Below, piece after piece: positions 9,952 through 25,100 of a stretch of DNA of 64,000 bases. Numbering within the stretch: the stretch's first letter is position 1; each line of letters starts with the position of its first letter. The DNA lies in contig CBFFRP010000002.1 of the NCBI GenBank assembly GCA_965644295.1, positions 62,001-126,000 on the forward strand, given 5' to 3'. The notes beneath the pieces are model-generated. The model was given only the letters and a program-made list of their open reading frames with translations. It ran no database searches and had not been told where the DNA came from. Origin of the DNA: Paraphysomonas bandaiensis (taxonomy: Eukaryota > Protista > Chrysophyceae). The translations under genes were made by a program, and so were the position numbers.

Positions 9952-11771
9952 ATATATAAAATAGGGGGTTTTATGCGAAAAAAAAGGTCCAAGCCTACAG
10001 TACATGTGTATAGATATGCAAGATGTTGCTGTATCCTGATCATGTGGTGATCTTGTAAAGGAGGGACAACACTCTTCTCTGCACCCTCAATGGACTGAGG
10101 AATAGAGGGGGTTGAAAGGCACTCTACATCAGTACAGAGCAGTAGCAGCACACACACACACGCAGCTGATATGACTGTGAATGAGATCTGCAATCAGATA
10201 TCTGTCTATCTATGTATTGGCAGTCCTCCAATAGCGTTGAATGGTCTGAGTGTGATGTCATCAGAGGTGTTATGATGAGGTAACGGCTTTGTATGGATGC
10301 TGACTATGTCATACTATATACGGTGAATACTGACGTAGTATCACTCTTATAACAAGAGCCACTGTAGCAACCGCATGAATAAGACTGTGGAGGTGGATGG
10401 AAGTTGATAAGCAGAATAAGCTTTCAAGGCAAGGGAGGGCAAGCTGCCTGCAAGATTACTTATATCATGCCTTCGCTCTGGGTCTGTGACAAGCTAGTGA
10501 GTGCCAGCAAGCTAACCATTTGGTCCCGGAGTCGATATCTTGGTCTTGTGTTGTCCGCTTGTGCCTCAGCAGTGAAGTTATTGACACCATAGCCGAGGAG
10601 TGAGAGGAGAGACCCCGACACACAGTAGTGGAGTATAAAGGCTCAGTGCTGTCAATTCGTTGCGCTGTATCAGAGTGGGCTGCTGCTCCCACAGCAAAGA
10701 ACGACGCACCACTCACCTCTATTTTTTGATATGACACTGAAGTTTTACCGATATAATATGTCTTCTAATGGTAGCGGTGATAAAGGTACAAGTGCTAATG
10801 AAATTGTACCGCAGGAGTTTGAGATTGGTGCTTTGGTGAAGAACCCTTATCAGCTAAGTTGTGCAGTTCACTCATACAGCGGCAGAGGGACGTATGAGGT
10901 TCAGGTCGATAACGACGGAAATATTCGAACAATCGTGCAGTACATGCTGCGATATGAATGTCATATATATACATAATAATATGTATTGTTATTTCTCATT
11001 TATTTCTATGTAATCAGGAGTTGACTGACACTGGTGCAGTATATTCTGCATGTATTCTTACAGGAAAACGTGACAGAAGATCGATTGATTGTCGATTGTA
11101 AGTACTTTTAACTAATCAATAACCTTTGTATTATATAGCACTATAGTACACATGTTATGTAAAATGTAACTTTTTCATTTAACATATTTTTGATCAGTAA
11201 TTGATATAATTTTATTAATGTCATTGCAAACATGTTCTCTTCACACCTACTGAATTAATTATTCCAATACGTACCATACGCTCAAGTTAAATCGTCTTTT
11301 TCGAAATTTCAACAGGTTTAGCGGTTACATCGACTTATGACCATCTAATCGTTTTTCACTTATGAGGAATGGCAACCAGAGGATGAAAGAGAGTCCAGTA
11401 GTGGCAGTAGGATCAGAACCAGAAGGAGGAATTGTAAGGGTGCACTATAAAGGTCTGTGTGATGCTTGAAACTGTATACCTGCCGGTGCATATATCATAT
11501 ATTTGACGTAATTTTGGTGATATGTAGAAATCAGAGAAAGTTCAAATAAGCATCGGGAAGTAGGATCAAGATAGCTTTTTTGGCACTTAATCATTTTTAT
11601 CATTTCCATTTAATTTTCTTGAATTTTTTTATATATGCAATTCTTATGTGTGATGTTGGTTTAGTTGTACTTATATACCTATTTACGCGGCATATGTATC
11701 GAAAAATATAAATATTACTGTATGTCGTTGTTTTGTTTGCGCTGTATATGACGTTCTAATTCGATTATCAG

Positions 11772-11772
11772 A

Positions 11773-11806
<34 letters not shown>

Positions 11807-12164
11807 CATACATACATACATACATACATACATACATACATACATACATACATACATACATACATACATACATACATACATACATACATACATACATACA
11901 TACATACATACATACATACATACATACATACATACATACATACATACATACATACATACATACATACATACATACATACATACATACATACATACATACA
12001 TACATACATACATACATACATACATACATACATACATACATACATACATACATACATACATACATACATACATACATACATACATACATACATACATACA
12101 TACATACATACATACATACATACATACATACATACATACATACATACATACATACATACATACA

Positions 12165-12198
<34 letters not shown>

Positions 12199-12317
12199 CA
12201 TACATACATACATACATACGTACATACATACATACATACATACATACATACATACATACATACATACATACATACATACATACATACATACATACATACA
12301 TACATACATACATACAT
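11772..12317 (+). repeat. (TACA)n microsatellite, ~545 bp
   Basis: Direct reading. Confidence 0.99.
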
Positions 12318-12442
12318 CCCACTTCACTTGACTGACTTCATTGTTATCTTATGGGAAGTCAGTCTCTACGTAGCTCCATTATACGCTTATCATCTCCACT
12401 TATATCTCCATAACATCCAATCACGTCATTCATCCTCTACCT

Positions 12443-14075
12443 ATGCCAATCTCTGTTCAATCCATCCCTCCTCTATCTCCACCACGCCCCCCTCGTCCAT
12501 TTGACTGTATATACTCTGGATGGCTTAATAAACAAGGTCATTATGTTATGAACTGGAAAACCCGGTATTTTGTCATCAAAAACTGCCTATTTTTATACTA
12601 CAAAACTGATTTAAGTCTCTCACAAGGGAATGAAACGCCATTAGGGGTTCATATAATAACATCCATTAAAGATAATAAGACTGAAGATTATGGATGGATA
12701 ATTGAAACATTAGATAAGAAACCATTTTCTATACGTGCATCTAATGAAGAGCAAATGATTAATGCAATTGCTGCAATGAAATATGCAATTCAATTGTATA
12801 CTACTGTATATAAATCATATGAAGATTATGATGCAAAGATTGCACTTGGAATTGCGTTAATATCCTCCGGTTATTTAGATATTGGATTAAATCAATTAGA
12901 AAGTATTGTACAAGAGAATAATTCAGATGCAGAAGCTTATTATCATTTTGCAAGTGCACTCATGATCAGTACAGAGACTATGGATGCAGCTATAAGTAAC
13001 TTTAAGAAATGTTTAGCTATACAGCCAGGACATATTAATGCACGAACAAATCTTGGAACAGCTTTATTTATGCATGGAGATATTGCAGAAGCTCATAAAG
13101 TCTTAACATCAGTTCTGAGTGATGTACCTACTAATGTTGAAGCAGCGAATAACTTATGTATGCTTTGTGTCCATCGATGTGCTCCTGGTGATTGGGAATT
13201 TGCTGAGTCGAAGGTATGTTAACAACAATGGACTCTATTACATGCTACATGAAACAGGCATGATACTGCTGGGTATCTGTATTCCCTTTTAGCAATTTAC
13301 TATGCTATCTGTGATGTGAAGTGTGAGCAGCGTTGTACATGTGATGTCTTGACTGTGATTCTGTCAGATACAATATGCCATTCAGTGTGACAAAACCCGA
13401 CCATCGCTGTATCTCACGTACTCTGACCTACTCATCGTTATGGGCAAAGATGATGATGATGCTATTGAGGTTCTTGAAGGTGCCTTGGATATGATTCCGA
13501 ACAGAATGGAATGCAGCTCTATATACTCCCGAATTGGAGAAATACGGATATCGCGTGGTGAGATTGAAGCAGGCATCGAATCTTTCAAAGAGGCACTTGA
13601 TATTGATCCGAGGTATGTAACGTGCTCTCTCACAGCTCTCTGTGATATTTAGTTTATATGCCACGGTGTATATGTTTCGCTGTGACCTGTATTGTAATCA
13701 CGACGTCTGTGTGACCCACTTTTTAGGAATTCGCGAGCTATACATGGTCTACAAAAAGCGGTTAGATTACGGGAAGAGGATCAGCAGCAATCTGCCCCCG
13801 TAGATTTCTTTGAAGCGGATGATGTTGCAAGATCCACTGATCCCATGGTAACTAGCACCAGCCCATCTTTTGTCAGACGGGAAGAAGATTACAAGAGATC
13901 TGGGAATTCTCCTGTGCATACGTCTGGAGCCAATCGTGAGATTCCCGGTAAAACAACAGTCAATAGGGGTGGGAGTTTTGCTTCTCAACTGTTCAGTGGT
14001 AGTAGCAGCGGCAATAATCAAGGAGACAATCTGGATTCCCAAGTAAAATCCAGAAGGCGATCTCTTTTTTTCTAA
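12443..14075 (+). CDS. PH-domain + TPR-repeat protein (exons 12443-13213, 13368-13612, 13727-14075)
   Basis: PH signature YSGWLNKQGHYVMNWKTRYFVIKNCLFLYYK; TPR-like AISNFKKCLAIQPGHINARTNLG and GIESFKEALDIDPRN; GT-AG introns join in frame. Confidence 0.85.
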
Positions 14076-15720
14076 ATCATACCCTTGTATACATTATGCA
14101 GCCATGTAAATACAATGTATATCATATTATTATTCGATTGTGGAGTACCTGAGTAAATAACAAAATTAGATTGTTGTAGTAACATCCAGTAATGATTTCA
14201 ATGTAAAGATTGTGTCTTAATCATAGTAATTTGGCGAATTCGCCTGTACTATCTGATGCAATGCATTACATGATTTAGGAAGGCAGGTTACCACTCTCGG
14301 TACGTCGTTCAACATATTAAATTCATGTTGGTTCGCAAGAGATACACGAAACCGTAATAGTAATTTCTGAATAACTTCTACCGTATATTCGAACCTGGAT
14401 GGATCATCACTTCAAAAATTCTATACGTGACGAAAGAGCTAGCGCTACTCCCTCGGCATGATCATTGCATATTGCATACGGGGTAAAAAGCCATACCACA
14501 CGAACAGCTACTGCTTCAATACCAAGTTAAAGAGGATGACAAGTTAAAAACTGCCTATCACCAAAATTACACATTCAAGATATCTTCTACAGCAGCGTAT
14601 AGAAACCACTTATAGTGTTTAGTTCATTCCGTTCATTCTTTTATTCACACTCACAATTCATTAATCATAAAATACGTTCAGTTTAATACTCCATATATAT
14701 ATATATATATATATATACACGTGTTGTGCATTACTTAAAGATTTGTTTTTATTATATAATTGTAGAGGTGAATTACTACTGAGTTTCAAGTGTCGAAGTT
14801 ACAATTCTACTAGCAATTACATTTGCTCTTATGATGGATCATTTTGCTTTTGAAATACATTATTAAATAGACATGATATTTCAGCTTTCTACAAACGAAT
14901 ACATATACAGTACCTGCAGCAGTATAGTATAGTACAGTATACCGGTATATAAGAAATACTCCTGAAATACTCCTAAAAAACGTGGGGAAAAAAAATCCCA
15001 CGATTGCATAATGTTTACTTCTTGTTGCTTATTATATATATCGCAAGTACATTACTACGCTACAACGTATTTTGATGCATTGAATATCTTATGGAAGCGA
15101 TATTATTAGTAGTAAATATTCCACTCATAAAAGAAACAAAATCTGCTGTAATCTTCATAAATCTACTTTTTTTCTTATCTGCTATAAAATATATGTATAT
15201 ATATTATTGAGCTTCTTAAATGAATAGTAGATTAACTCAAAACAATAAACTGTTAGAATTGGACATTCCACTGCAGTTGGTCTTGCTCTATACGTAAACC
15301 TTAAGCTTTCTTTGTTGCACGCAAAGTACTTTCAAGTAAGAATTATAATTATTAATCTCAACACTTCACAACATATTTATATAACATCTGATGAACATGT
15401 GTTCTCAGAAATACCGGTTTATCAAAATCTATTCGAACCAAATATTAATGTTGAATGCCTCTACTTTCCCGGTGATAATATATATGAGAGTTCTGTTAAG
15501 CCCAATATGAGAAAATGGGGCTAGCATTCTCTTTTAGATTAAAATGGGGATAATACTACTTATGGCCACAATACAGTATTATACTACAAACTATGTTTTT
15601 ACTATTTCAAAATAAAATACAAATACGCGATTCTGTCAAGGTATAATACTATTATCATATATTATTATGGTTATATTGGACTAAATGTGCCTCTCAACTA
15701 AAGCTATGTACTACCGTCAT

Positions 15721-18125
15721 CTAATGCTTCTTTTTGCTCTTTCCTCTTCGCTCCCGGCCTTTGTCAGCATTCGGGTTCCGTCTACCTAACCCAACCTTAA
15801 TAGCTGCTCCCTTGTTGACATGGACGCCAACATCAGAAGTGATCTCATCTCCGAAAGCACTTCTGACATCTTTCTTAATCTTCACAACCTGGATACGATC
15901 AAACACATATCAGTACAGAGGATAAGCGGTGAACGGACAGCAATAAATCGATCGACAGTAAAGCAACAACAACATACACATACGCCACACAGTGCATTAC
16001 CTTTTGTCTCCATATGCCAGTCAGAAGTTGATCTTCCCTCAGTAACAGCTCTCCATGAAACCTCCCTTGCTTTCCAGGTGCGGGAAGAGAATGAATCTGG
16101 CCTCTAGTGTTAGGAATATAGTTTTTCTTTAGATGGAGTCTAAGCTCCCCTGTACGTGAGTCTATACTGGCAGATATTCTTTGCATTATACTGGCCCCGC
16201 ACCTACGTAATTATCATTACTCCATGCACATACTTCATACAAAATATCATCACAGATTATAACATATGAAACAACAGAGTATGGTGCAATACATGTTGCG
16301 CTGTCCGTCATACACATAGTCCACCATTGAACTTGAGGTGTGATTCATATATACTATGAGATATACTTGCAATATAGTATACAAACAGTACAGGTGCACG
16401 TGTTTCCACAGGCAGAGCGTAGTTCCCACCTTGAACAAAATAGCCTATCCATATCGTAGTGTATTTGAAAGCATGCCCCACACCTCAACACCCATTGCTT
16501 CACCTGCTCGATGAGCCTTCCTTCAACAGAAACGATCTGAAGTCCCATTTGAATCATAACATTTTGCATTGCATAGTCAGTTGTCATGCATGCTATGTTG
16601 TGTTCTCGTGGAACAACTGTCTTCTTTTTGCTTTTACGAGATTTCTTTTTCTTAGAAACCTCCTGAAATTCTCCATCCGTAGAAGGGGTGGGTGCGGATT
16701 GTGATGAACTAGGTGTGTTGCTCTGTAGCTTCACGTTATGTATCATATGATCACCAGTTGCACGTTTTTCTGACAAGTTAGAAGGTCCAATCCATCCAAT
16801 ACCGTCGTCATCATTGGCCGACGAGTTAGCATGACTGTAACCACTGCTTGAAAGTATACGTGACTGCGACGCAACTTCACTTTTCACCTCACTACGCATT
16901 TCATTTTTCACTTCTTCGTGAGTATCATCATGCTGCGATTTCCCTCCGACGATCACTGGAGTGGAGCGACGATTAGCTTTAGGTATGCTCTGTGTAGCTG
17001 GCGCTTTTGGTGTCGTTGTCAGCACATTCGACCACGACTTTGCTGCTGTAGTTGTTGGTACAGTTTCTGCTGTTGATGTAGTTTCTCCAGAGAGGGTTGG
17101 AAAGTCTCCATCAGTAAGATTGAAGGACGCTTCTTGAAACGACACTTTCTTCTCGGATTCCTCTTGCGGCTGATCACATTTGTCCTCTGCGTCCTCTTCC
17201 TCGCATTCGTCTAATTCACTTTCGCATTCATCAACTTCATCTTCTTCGTGTAATTCGGCATCATCACCATCATCTATAGTAATAATAAACACTATAGTAA
17301 GTCCCAATATAGCAATATAGCGGCCACATGGAAGTCATACCACGGTTGACATCTCGGGATTCCTCATCAGGCAAGTCATTAATGTGCAAGCTTTCAACGG
17401 CACTACTCAACACTTCTTCACCATCTGTGCAAGGAAAGTACCATTATTAATAACACAATCTTTCGTGTATTAGAGTACGGTATACCTGCTGACTGATGTG
17501 TAGACTGCTGCGTGGCAGATACATCATCTGAAGTGCTAACTGGTTCTGTGCTCTCCGTAGCACATTCTTCGGGTGTCACAGAGGTATGAGAGCATCCACA
17601 GGGTTCATCTCCATCCCTAATAGTGGTAACTGGAGCACTAGATTCACTAAATGAAGAGTTTCCTTTCAAACTATTGCCTGTATTAGACTTATTCGATGTA
17701 TTGGACACCATTTTCTTGGGTGGTATAGCATGACTTATCCTCTAAACAACAAATCAAATATACATCATATATACACATATATAACATACCATAGGAGCAT
17801 CTCTTATATACTTCATACCATTAAATTCAACCTCTAAATCATAAGTTAATGCCATAATTTTCAAATCACAGAGTGATAATGCAGCAAAATCTCCAGTTTT
17901 TTGTGCAAAATATGATACAGCTTTCATTGATTGATCTGATGGTGTTCTTAATTCCATTTCAAATGGTAAAGTATCTAAATTAGCACGTGATTTACTGTCT
18001 TTAATTTCTAATAAAACTTCTTGAATTGTATAAAATTTCGATTGAAAATGATGGAAAGATTTCGTTTGTCCTTTAATGATAGCACCTGAATCCATGACGA
18101 TGTGATGAGGGGTTATGGAATTCAT
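15721..18125 (-). CDS. NOB1: 20S pre-rRNA endonuclease NOB1 (about 5 exons)
   Basis: PIN domain (MDSGAIIK, FYTIQEVLLEIKD, TGDFAALSLCDLKIMALTY), CMTTDYAMQNV, zinc ribbon LRCGACF...FCSRCG, LLLREDQ, C-terminal GRRNPN. Confidence 0.95.
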
Positions 18126-19135
18126 GATTGTGTAAAAGGAGAGAGTGTGATATGATGTGGTTAAGTATATATTGATAGTAATGTGGGAGATAGAGAGATG
18201 TGTGTGTATATATATGAGGACTGGAGGGAGTTATGTATGTATGTATGTGTAGAGGAGGGTTATGTATAGAAATGTATGTAGAAGTGTCTCATATTCTTGA
18301 AACCATTCAATTAAGAACAACGGGTTGTCCATGTATGTCCATGTAGTCCGTATATTGTACAAATATAGTGTACGATCTATACCCATAACATGAAACCGGT
18401 TGTCAATGTGGTGTCCATGTAGCCCGTACCTCTCCAACCATTCATATTATATGTGTACACTACGAACTATAGGTATTTTTTTACCGTACTGCTGTATGGT
18501 ACGAAGATAGATAGATAGGTACATATATGTATGTATGGTATCATCTCATCTAGGTATGTCCATAGGTACATGTACTACTGTGTATATAGTCAATATGTCA
18601 ATAGGTACATACATGTATTATTATATTATTATATGTCTATACATACTCGTAGTAGATATTTCCATAGGTACATGTACTGCTGTATATACATATGCATGTA
18701 TTATATCGTCTATAGTCTATACATAGTAGATATTTCCTAAGGTACATGTACTGCTGTATATACATACAGTCCATATGTCCATAGGTACATATATGTATGT
18801 ATGGTATCATCTCAACTAGATATGTCCATGTACTGCTGTATGTATATATGGTACACTGTAATCTCATAGATAGTGTGTGTCCATAGGGGCATTTGCAGTA
18901 TGTTTGTATGGTACCTGTGCACTTCATCTCATGTAGTATCTTTCTATGTCCACAGGGACATGTGAAGTGTGTACACTGCTGCCTCTGTGTATGTATGTAT
19001 GTATGTATGTATGTATGTATGTATGTATGTATGTATGTATGTATACGAGTACATGTCCATGTATGTATGTGTGTATATGAGTGTGATCTTCATATGATGG
19101 TATCACACATACCTACATACACACACACACCCGTC

Positions 19136-22100
19136 ATGCTCCTCCATCTCCCCCTCCTCTTCCTCTTCCTCTTCCTCTCCCTCCTCCATCTCTCCTCATC
19201 TCTTAACCCCTCCACCTCCACCTCTCTCTCAGGTCACTACTATTTCAGTGTGGTTCACGACCCCCCCTTCATGGACACTGGAGCAGACGACAACACCATA
19301 CTGCCCAAACACTTATGGACCGGTCTCATCATAGATCACATTCAGCTCATATCTTCTCATGCGGGATTTACGTATGAATTGTTTATAGCATCCGGTAACG
19401 GCTCTCACTGTACAGCGAATGCCTCTGCTGTCGAGAGGTCTCGGAACTATCTATGCACTCAAGATGATGTCATCGGTATGTTACTCATACAGAACTATGT
19501 ACATGTCGAATACAACTAATCGAATACTACTGTATGTTTGGTTGTAGAACTTGGATTAACTCATGGCTTCTGGTCACTCTTCTATGCGACTAAAGGTATA
19601 TGAACGACCGCTTGTGTTATATCTATACCTGGTTATGTTATATCTATACCTGGTTATGTTATATTTATACCTGGCTATGTTATATTTATACCTGGTTATG
19701 TTATATCTATACCTGGTTATGTTATATCTATACCTGGTTATGTTATATTCATACCTGGCTATGATATATTTATACCTGGCTATGTTATATTTATACCTGG
19801 TTATGTTATGTTTATACCTGGTTATGTTATATTTATACCTGGTTATGTTATACTTATACCTGGTTATGTTATATTCATACCTGGCTATGTTATATTTATA
19901 CCTGGTTATGTTATGTTTATACCTGGTTATGTTATACTTATACCTGGCTATGTTATATTTATACCTGGTTATGTTATATCTATACCTGGTTATGTTATAT
20001 TTATACCTGGTTATGTTATATCTATACCTGGTTATGTTATATCTATACCTGGTTATGTTATATTTATACCTGGTTATGTTATACTTATACCTGGTTATGT
20101 TATATTCATACCTGGTTATGTTATATTCATACCTGGTTATGTTATATCTATACCTGGTTATGTTATATTCATACCTGGATATGTTATATTTATACCTGGT
20201 TATGTTATATTTATACCTGGTTATGTTATGTTTATACCTGGTTATGTTATATTTATACCTGGTTATGTTATACTTATACCTGGCTATGTTATATTTATAC
20301 CTGGTTATGTTATATCTATACCTGGTTATGTTATATTTATACCTGGTTATGTTATATTCATACCTGGTTATGTTATATCTATACCTGGTTATGTTATATT
20401 CATACCTGGATATGTTATACTTATACCTGGTTATGTTATACTTATACCTGGTTATGTTATATTCATACCTGGTTATGTTATATTTATACCTGGTTATGTT
20501 ATATCTATACCTGGTTATGTTATATTTATACCTGGTTATGTTATATTCATACCTGGCTATGATATATTTATACCTGGCTATGTTATATTTATACCTGGTT
20601 ATGTTATGTTTATACCTGGTTATGTTATATTTATACCTGGTTATGTTATATTCATACCTGGCTATGTTATATTTATACCTGGTTATGTTATGTTTATACC
20701 TGGTTATGTTATAATTATACCTGGTTATGTTATATCTATTCCTGGTTATGTTATATCTATACCTGGTTATGATATATCTATACCTGGTTGTGTTATATCT
20801 CTATGTGGCTATTATATATCTATACCCGGTTATGTTATATCTATACCTGGTTATGTTATATACATCTGGTTATGTTATATCTATACCTGGTTGTGTTATA
20901 TCTCTATGTGGCTATGATATATCTATACCTGGTTATGTTATATCTATACCTGGTTGTGTTATATCTATACCTGGTTATGTTATGTTTATACCTGGTTATG
21001 TTATATTTATACCTGGCTATGTTATATCTATACCTGGTTATGTTATATTCATACCTGGCTATGTTATATTTATACCTGGTTATGTTATATCTATACCTGG
21101 TTATGTTATATCTATACCTGGTTATGTTATATTTATACCTGGTTATGTTATATCTATACCTGGTTATGTTATATCTATACCTGGCTATGTTATATTTATA
21201 CCTGGTTATGTTATATTTATACCTGGTTATGTTATATTTATACCTGGTTATGTTATATCTATTCCTTGTATGTTATATACATCTGGTTATGCTATATCTA
21301 TTCCTGGTTATGTTATATCTATTCTTGGTTATGTTATATTCATACCTGGTTATGTTATATCTATACCTGGTTGTGTTATATCTCTATGTGGCTATTATAT
21401 ATCTATACCCGGTTATGTTATATCTATACCTGGTTATGTTATATACATCTGGTTATGTTATATCTATACCTGGTTGTGTTATATCTCTATGTGGCTATGA
21501 TATATCTATACCTGGTTATGTTATATCTATACCTGGTTATGTTATATCTATACCTGGTTATGTTATGTTTATACCTGGTTATGTTATATTTATACCTGGT
21601 TATGTTATACTTATACCTGGCTATGTTATATTTATACCTGGTTATGTTATATCTATACCTGGTTATGTTATATTTATACCTGGTTATGTTATATTCATAC
21701 CTGGTTATGTTATATCTATACCTGGTTATGTTATATTCATACCTGGATATGTTATACTTATACCTGGTTATGTTATACTTATACCTGGTTATGTTATATT
21801 CATACCTGGTTATGTTATATTTATACCTGGTTATGTTATATCTATACCTGGTTATGTTATATTTATACCTGGTTATGTTATATTCATACCTGGCTATGAT
21901 ATATTTATACCTGGCTATGTTATATTTATACCTGGTTATGTTATGTTTATACCTGGTTATGTTATATTTATACCTGGTTATGTTATATTCATACCTGGCT
22001 ATGTTATATTTATACCTGGTTATGTTATGTTTATACCTGGTTATGTTATAATTATACCTGGTTATGTTATATCTATTCCTGGTTATGTTATATCTATACC

Positions 22101-25100
22101 TGGTTATGATATATCTATACCTGGTTGTGTTATATCTCTATGTGGCTATTATATATCTATACCCGGTTATGTTATATCTATACCTGGTTATGTTATATAC
22201 ATCTGGTTATGTTATATCTATACCTGGTTGTGTTATATCTCTATGTGGCTATGATATATCTATACCTGGTTATGTTATATCTATACCTGGTTGTGTTATA
22301 TCTATACCTGGTTATGTTATGTTTATACCTGGTTATGTTATATTTATACCTGGCTATGTTATATCTATACCTGGTTATGTTATATTCATACCTGGCTATG
22401 TTATATTTATACCTGGTTATGTTATATCTATACCTGGTTATGTTATATCTATACCTGGTTATGTTATATCTATACCTGGTTATGTTATATCTATACCTGG
22501 CTATGTTATATTTATACCTGGTTATGTTATATTTATACCTGGTTCTGTTATATTTATACCTGGTTATGTTATATCTATTCCTTGTATGTTATATACATCT
22601 GGTTATGCTATATCTATTCCTGGTTATGTTATATCTATTCTTGGTTATGTTATATTCATACCTGGTTATGTTATATCTATACCTGGTTGTGTTATATCTC
22701 TATGTGGCTATTATATATCTATACCCGGTTATGTTATATCTATACCTGGTTATGTTATATACATCTGGTTATGTTATATCTATACCTGGTTGTGTTATAT
22801 CTCTATGTGGCTATGATATATCTATACCTGGTTATGTTATATCTATACCTGGTTATGTTATATCTATACCTGGTTATGTTATATTCATACCTGGCTATAT
22901 TATATTTATACCTGGCTATGTTATATTTATACCTGGTTATGTTATGTTTATACCTGGTTATGTTATATTTATACCTGGTTATGTTATATCTATACCTGGT
23001 TATGTTATATTCATACCTGGCTATGTTATATTTATACCTGGTTATGTTATATTTATACCTGGTTATGTTATATTTATACCTGGTTATGTTATATCTCTAT
23101 GTGGCTATGATATATCTATACCTGGTTATGTTATATCTATACCTGGTTATGTTATATCTATACCTGGTTATGTTATATTCATACCTGGCTATATTATATT
23201 TATACCTGGCTATGTTATATTTATACCTGGTTATGTTATGTTTATACCTGGTTATGTTATATTTATACCTGGTTATGTTATATCTATACCTGGTTATGTT
23301 ATATTCATACCTGGCTATGTTATATTTATACCTGGTTATGTTATATTTATACCTGGTTATGTTATATCTATACCTGGTTATGTTATATCTATTCCTTGTA
23401 TGTTATATACATCTGGTTATGTTATATCTATACCTGGTTATGTTATATTCATACCTGGTTATGTTATGTTTATACCTGGTTATGTTATATTTATACCTGG
23501 TTATGTTATATTTATACCTGGTTATGTTATATCTATTCCTTGTATGTTATATACATCTGGTTATGCTATATCTATTCCTGGTTATGTTATATCTATTCCT
23601 GGTTATGTTATATTCATACCTGGTTATGTTATATCTATACCTGGTTGTGTTATATCTCTATGTGGCTATTATATATCTATACCCGGTTATGTTATATCTA
23701 TACCTGGTTATGTTATATACATCTGGTTATGTTATATCTATACCTGGTTGTGTTATATCTCTATGTGGCTATGATATATCTATACCTGGTTATGTTATAT
23801 CTATACCTGGTTACGTTATATTTATACCTGGTTATGTTATATATATCTGGTTATGTTATATTTATACTTGGTTATGGTATATCTATAGCTAGTTATGTTA
23901 TATATATACCTGGTTATGTTATATTTATATGTGGTTATGTTGTAGTTATATGTGCTTGTGTTATATTTATATTTGTAGACCGCCTCGAGAGTGGAATACT
24001 ATTTACCACTCCATTTATCAGTAATGCAGGCATTCAAATGCTTGTTTTGACTAAAACTCCGTCAGTTTACGACAAGGCACTGTTAATATTTAAACCTTTT
24101 ACTAAAGAAATGTGGGTGACTACCTTCGTGATGATAGTATTCGTCGCGGCGACACTGCGATTTAGCGAGCGTACAGGTGCAGAATTGCGGTCCATTAGAC
24201 AACATATTATGGCATTGGAAAGCATTCCGATATCAGGTATTTAGCTATCTGTTGTGACGACCGCAGTGACGTCCGCTGATGTAGATATGAGGAAAACATT
24301 AACGACAAAGGAAAATATTTTTAGCTCCAAGAAGGAATCTGCTGTGGGGTGGACTCTCAATCAATTTTTTTCTGATATTCCGACCTATATATACACTTCT
24401 TGGCTGACCATCACCGCTCATAGCTCACACACTTCTGACGTAAAGGGTACTGGTATGAGCACTAAGGCATTGGTTTTGAATGCTTTCTTCTGTTTCTTTG
24501 GAATGGTATGGGTGTTGGGATATACTGCCAACCTTGCTGCGATCCTTGGAGACCAGTCGGGGGAAACCGAGTTGAGCACTTTGGAGCAAATGAATTCAAG
24601 GCTACTTACAGCAGCTGTTACTGCGAACACCGCGTATGCTGCTGCCATGGCCGTGTCGTTTCCCAACATCAAGCAGATTGGATTCGGGAACTTAAACGGT
24701 GCTTTAAATTGCCTCGAGACGGAAAAGTGTCATGCGTTGGTAGAATCTTCCATACTTTTAGAAGCTCTTCAGAATGGTGCCATTGATATTGAATCCGATA
24801 GTCACAGGCGCCAACACTGCATCAACAAAGATAATGATCAAGATAGAGAGCTGAGGTTGGTTGGCTTACCTCGCCAACAGGGTTACACCGAAATATCCGT
24901 GGGAATCCACAGAGATTATCCGAAACTACGGGATGTGTTATCCTACTGGATCACCGTATTTCGCACATGTGAACCGGACAGTGCTACAAGTGCGTGCTAT
25001 GCAGGCATTAACATGGGCCGTTCGTTTGACAGTTTGACGGATATTCATGTTCGGAAAAACCGGTGTGAACAATCAAAGCCAGCATTCTGGGATAATAGTA

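Larger units (their letters stand above)
8259..11768 (-). repeat. Right arm of 9.1 kb palindrome
   Basis: Reverse complement of 2630-5259; differs by a longer microsatellite and a few substitutions. Confidence 0.97.

Noticed and set aside
4205-12327. Long YIHT/MYVC-repeat ORFs (up to 698 aa), also at 32535-33051 and 39215-40618
   Set aside because: Translations of stop-free (TACA)n microsatellite, open in several frames on both strands; the signal-peptide-like 4205/10193 ORFs start at TTG.
19563-23892. Hydrophobic LVMLYLY/IPGYVIS/TWLCYIY ORFs, including the 2144-aa ORF at 53281-59715
   Set aside because: All frames of an intronic 21-bp minisatellite bounded by GT-AG sites that join iGluR exons in frame; frequent frame-shifting unit variants.
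24254-24284. GTG-started 605-aa and 603-aa ORFs as stand-alone genes
   Set aside because: The start lies within a 48-nt intron; these are the last exons of the iGluR-like genes.
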